Shown here one piece after another: positions 63,701 through 64,000 of a DNA stretch of 64,000 bases. Under the pieces are notes generated by a model. The model was not told the DNA's origin. It ran no database searches and was given only the letters and a program-made list of their open reading frames with translations. Each line of letters begins with the position of its first letter. The first letter of the stretch is position 1. Made by a program: the position numbers and the translations under genes. Source of the stretch: Paecilomyces variotii (Eukaryota); NCBI GenBank assembly GCA_004022145.1, contig RCNU01000005.1; one strand, written 5' to 3'.

Positions 63701-63854
63701 GAATCTATGTCGGGAGGTGACTCACCGAATGTACGCCCTGATAGACGGTAGCAAAGCTTCCTCTCCCAATCTCATCCAGCCTTGTGTATCGACCTATAGG
63801 CAGCTCTGATCGGGAGCCCTCACGGGCCCTCCTCGAGGGTTGCTGCGCGGCCAT
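60753..63854 (-). CDS. ATG1: Autophagy Ser/Thr kinase Atg1
   Basis: [21 protein letters not shown] and [45 protein letters not shown], plus [21 protein letters not shown] and a C-terminal MIT-like region. Two introns. Confidence 0.95.
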
Positions 63855-64000
63855 CCTCGCTGTTTGGGGGGGGGATGGGTGACTGACTGGCAGTCCTCTC
63901 GAGATACGCCACCGAGTAGTCCGACGCCGGAAGCTGAGCTATCTCTCCGTCACAACTACCTCGACAACGGCGGGGACGAGGACGGAGTGCAGTGGAGGCC

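Overview
Gene-dense, intron-containing chromosomal DNA from a filamentous ascomycete. Gene content and intron style suggest Eurotiomycetes/Eurotiales; the species cannot be determined from this window. About 20 protein-coding loci are visible, mostly core genes: a Zn2Cys6 transcription factor cut by the window start (absent from the ORF track), a TDG/MUG glycosylase, an RTC3/SBDS-like protein, a RhoGEF, NAS2, Ran, CDC4, HOP1, a disordered hypothetical protein, a UDP-galactose transporter, MER3, an LRR protein, hxB, MRPL25, PRP39, PRP28, an APE2-type aminopeptidase, a MUP1-type permease and ATG1. There is also one decayed HNH-endonuclease-like gene with RIP-like stop codons. I recognised no tRNA, rRNA, CRISPR or intact transposon. 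The most interesting signals are at the RNA-processing level: a 410-nt PRP39 intron holding a candidate poison exon and a stem that could hide a 5' splice site, a probable GA-AG intron in MER3, a GC-AG intron in Ran, and a spliced micro-uORF ahead of the LRR gene. Exon boundaries were read by eye, and family calls rest on recalled motifs, not database searches.
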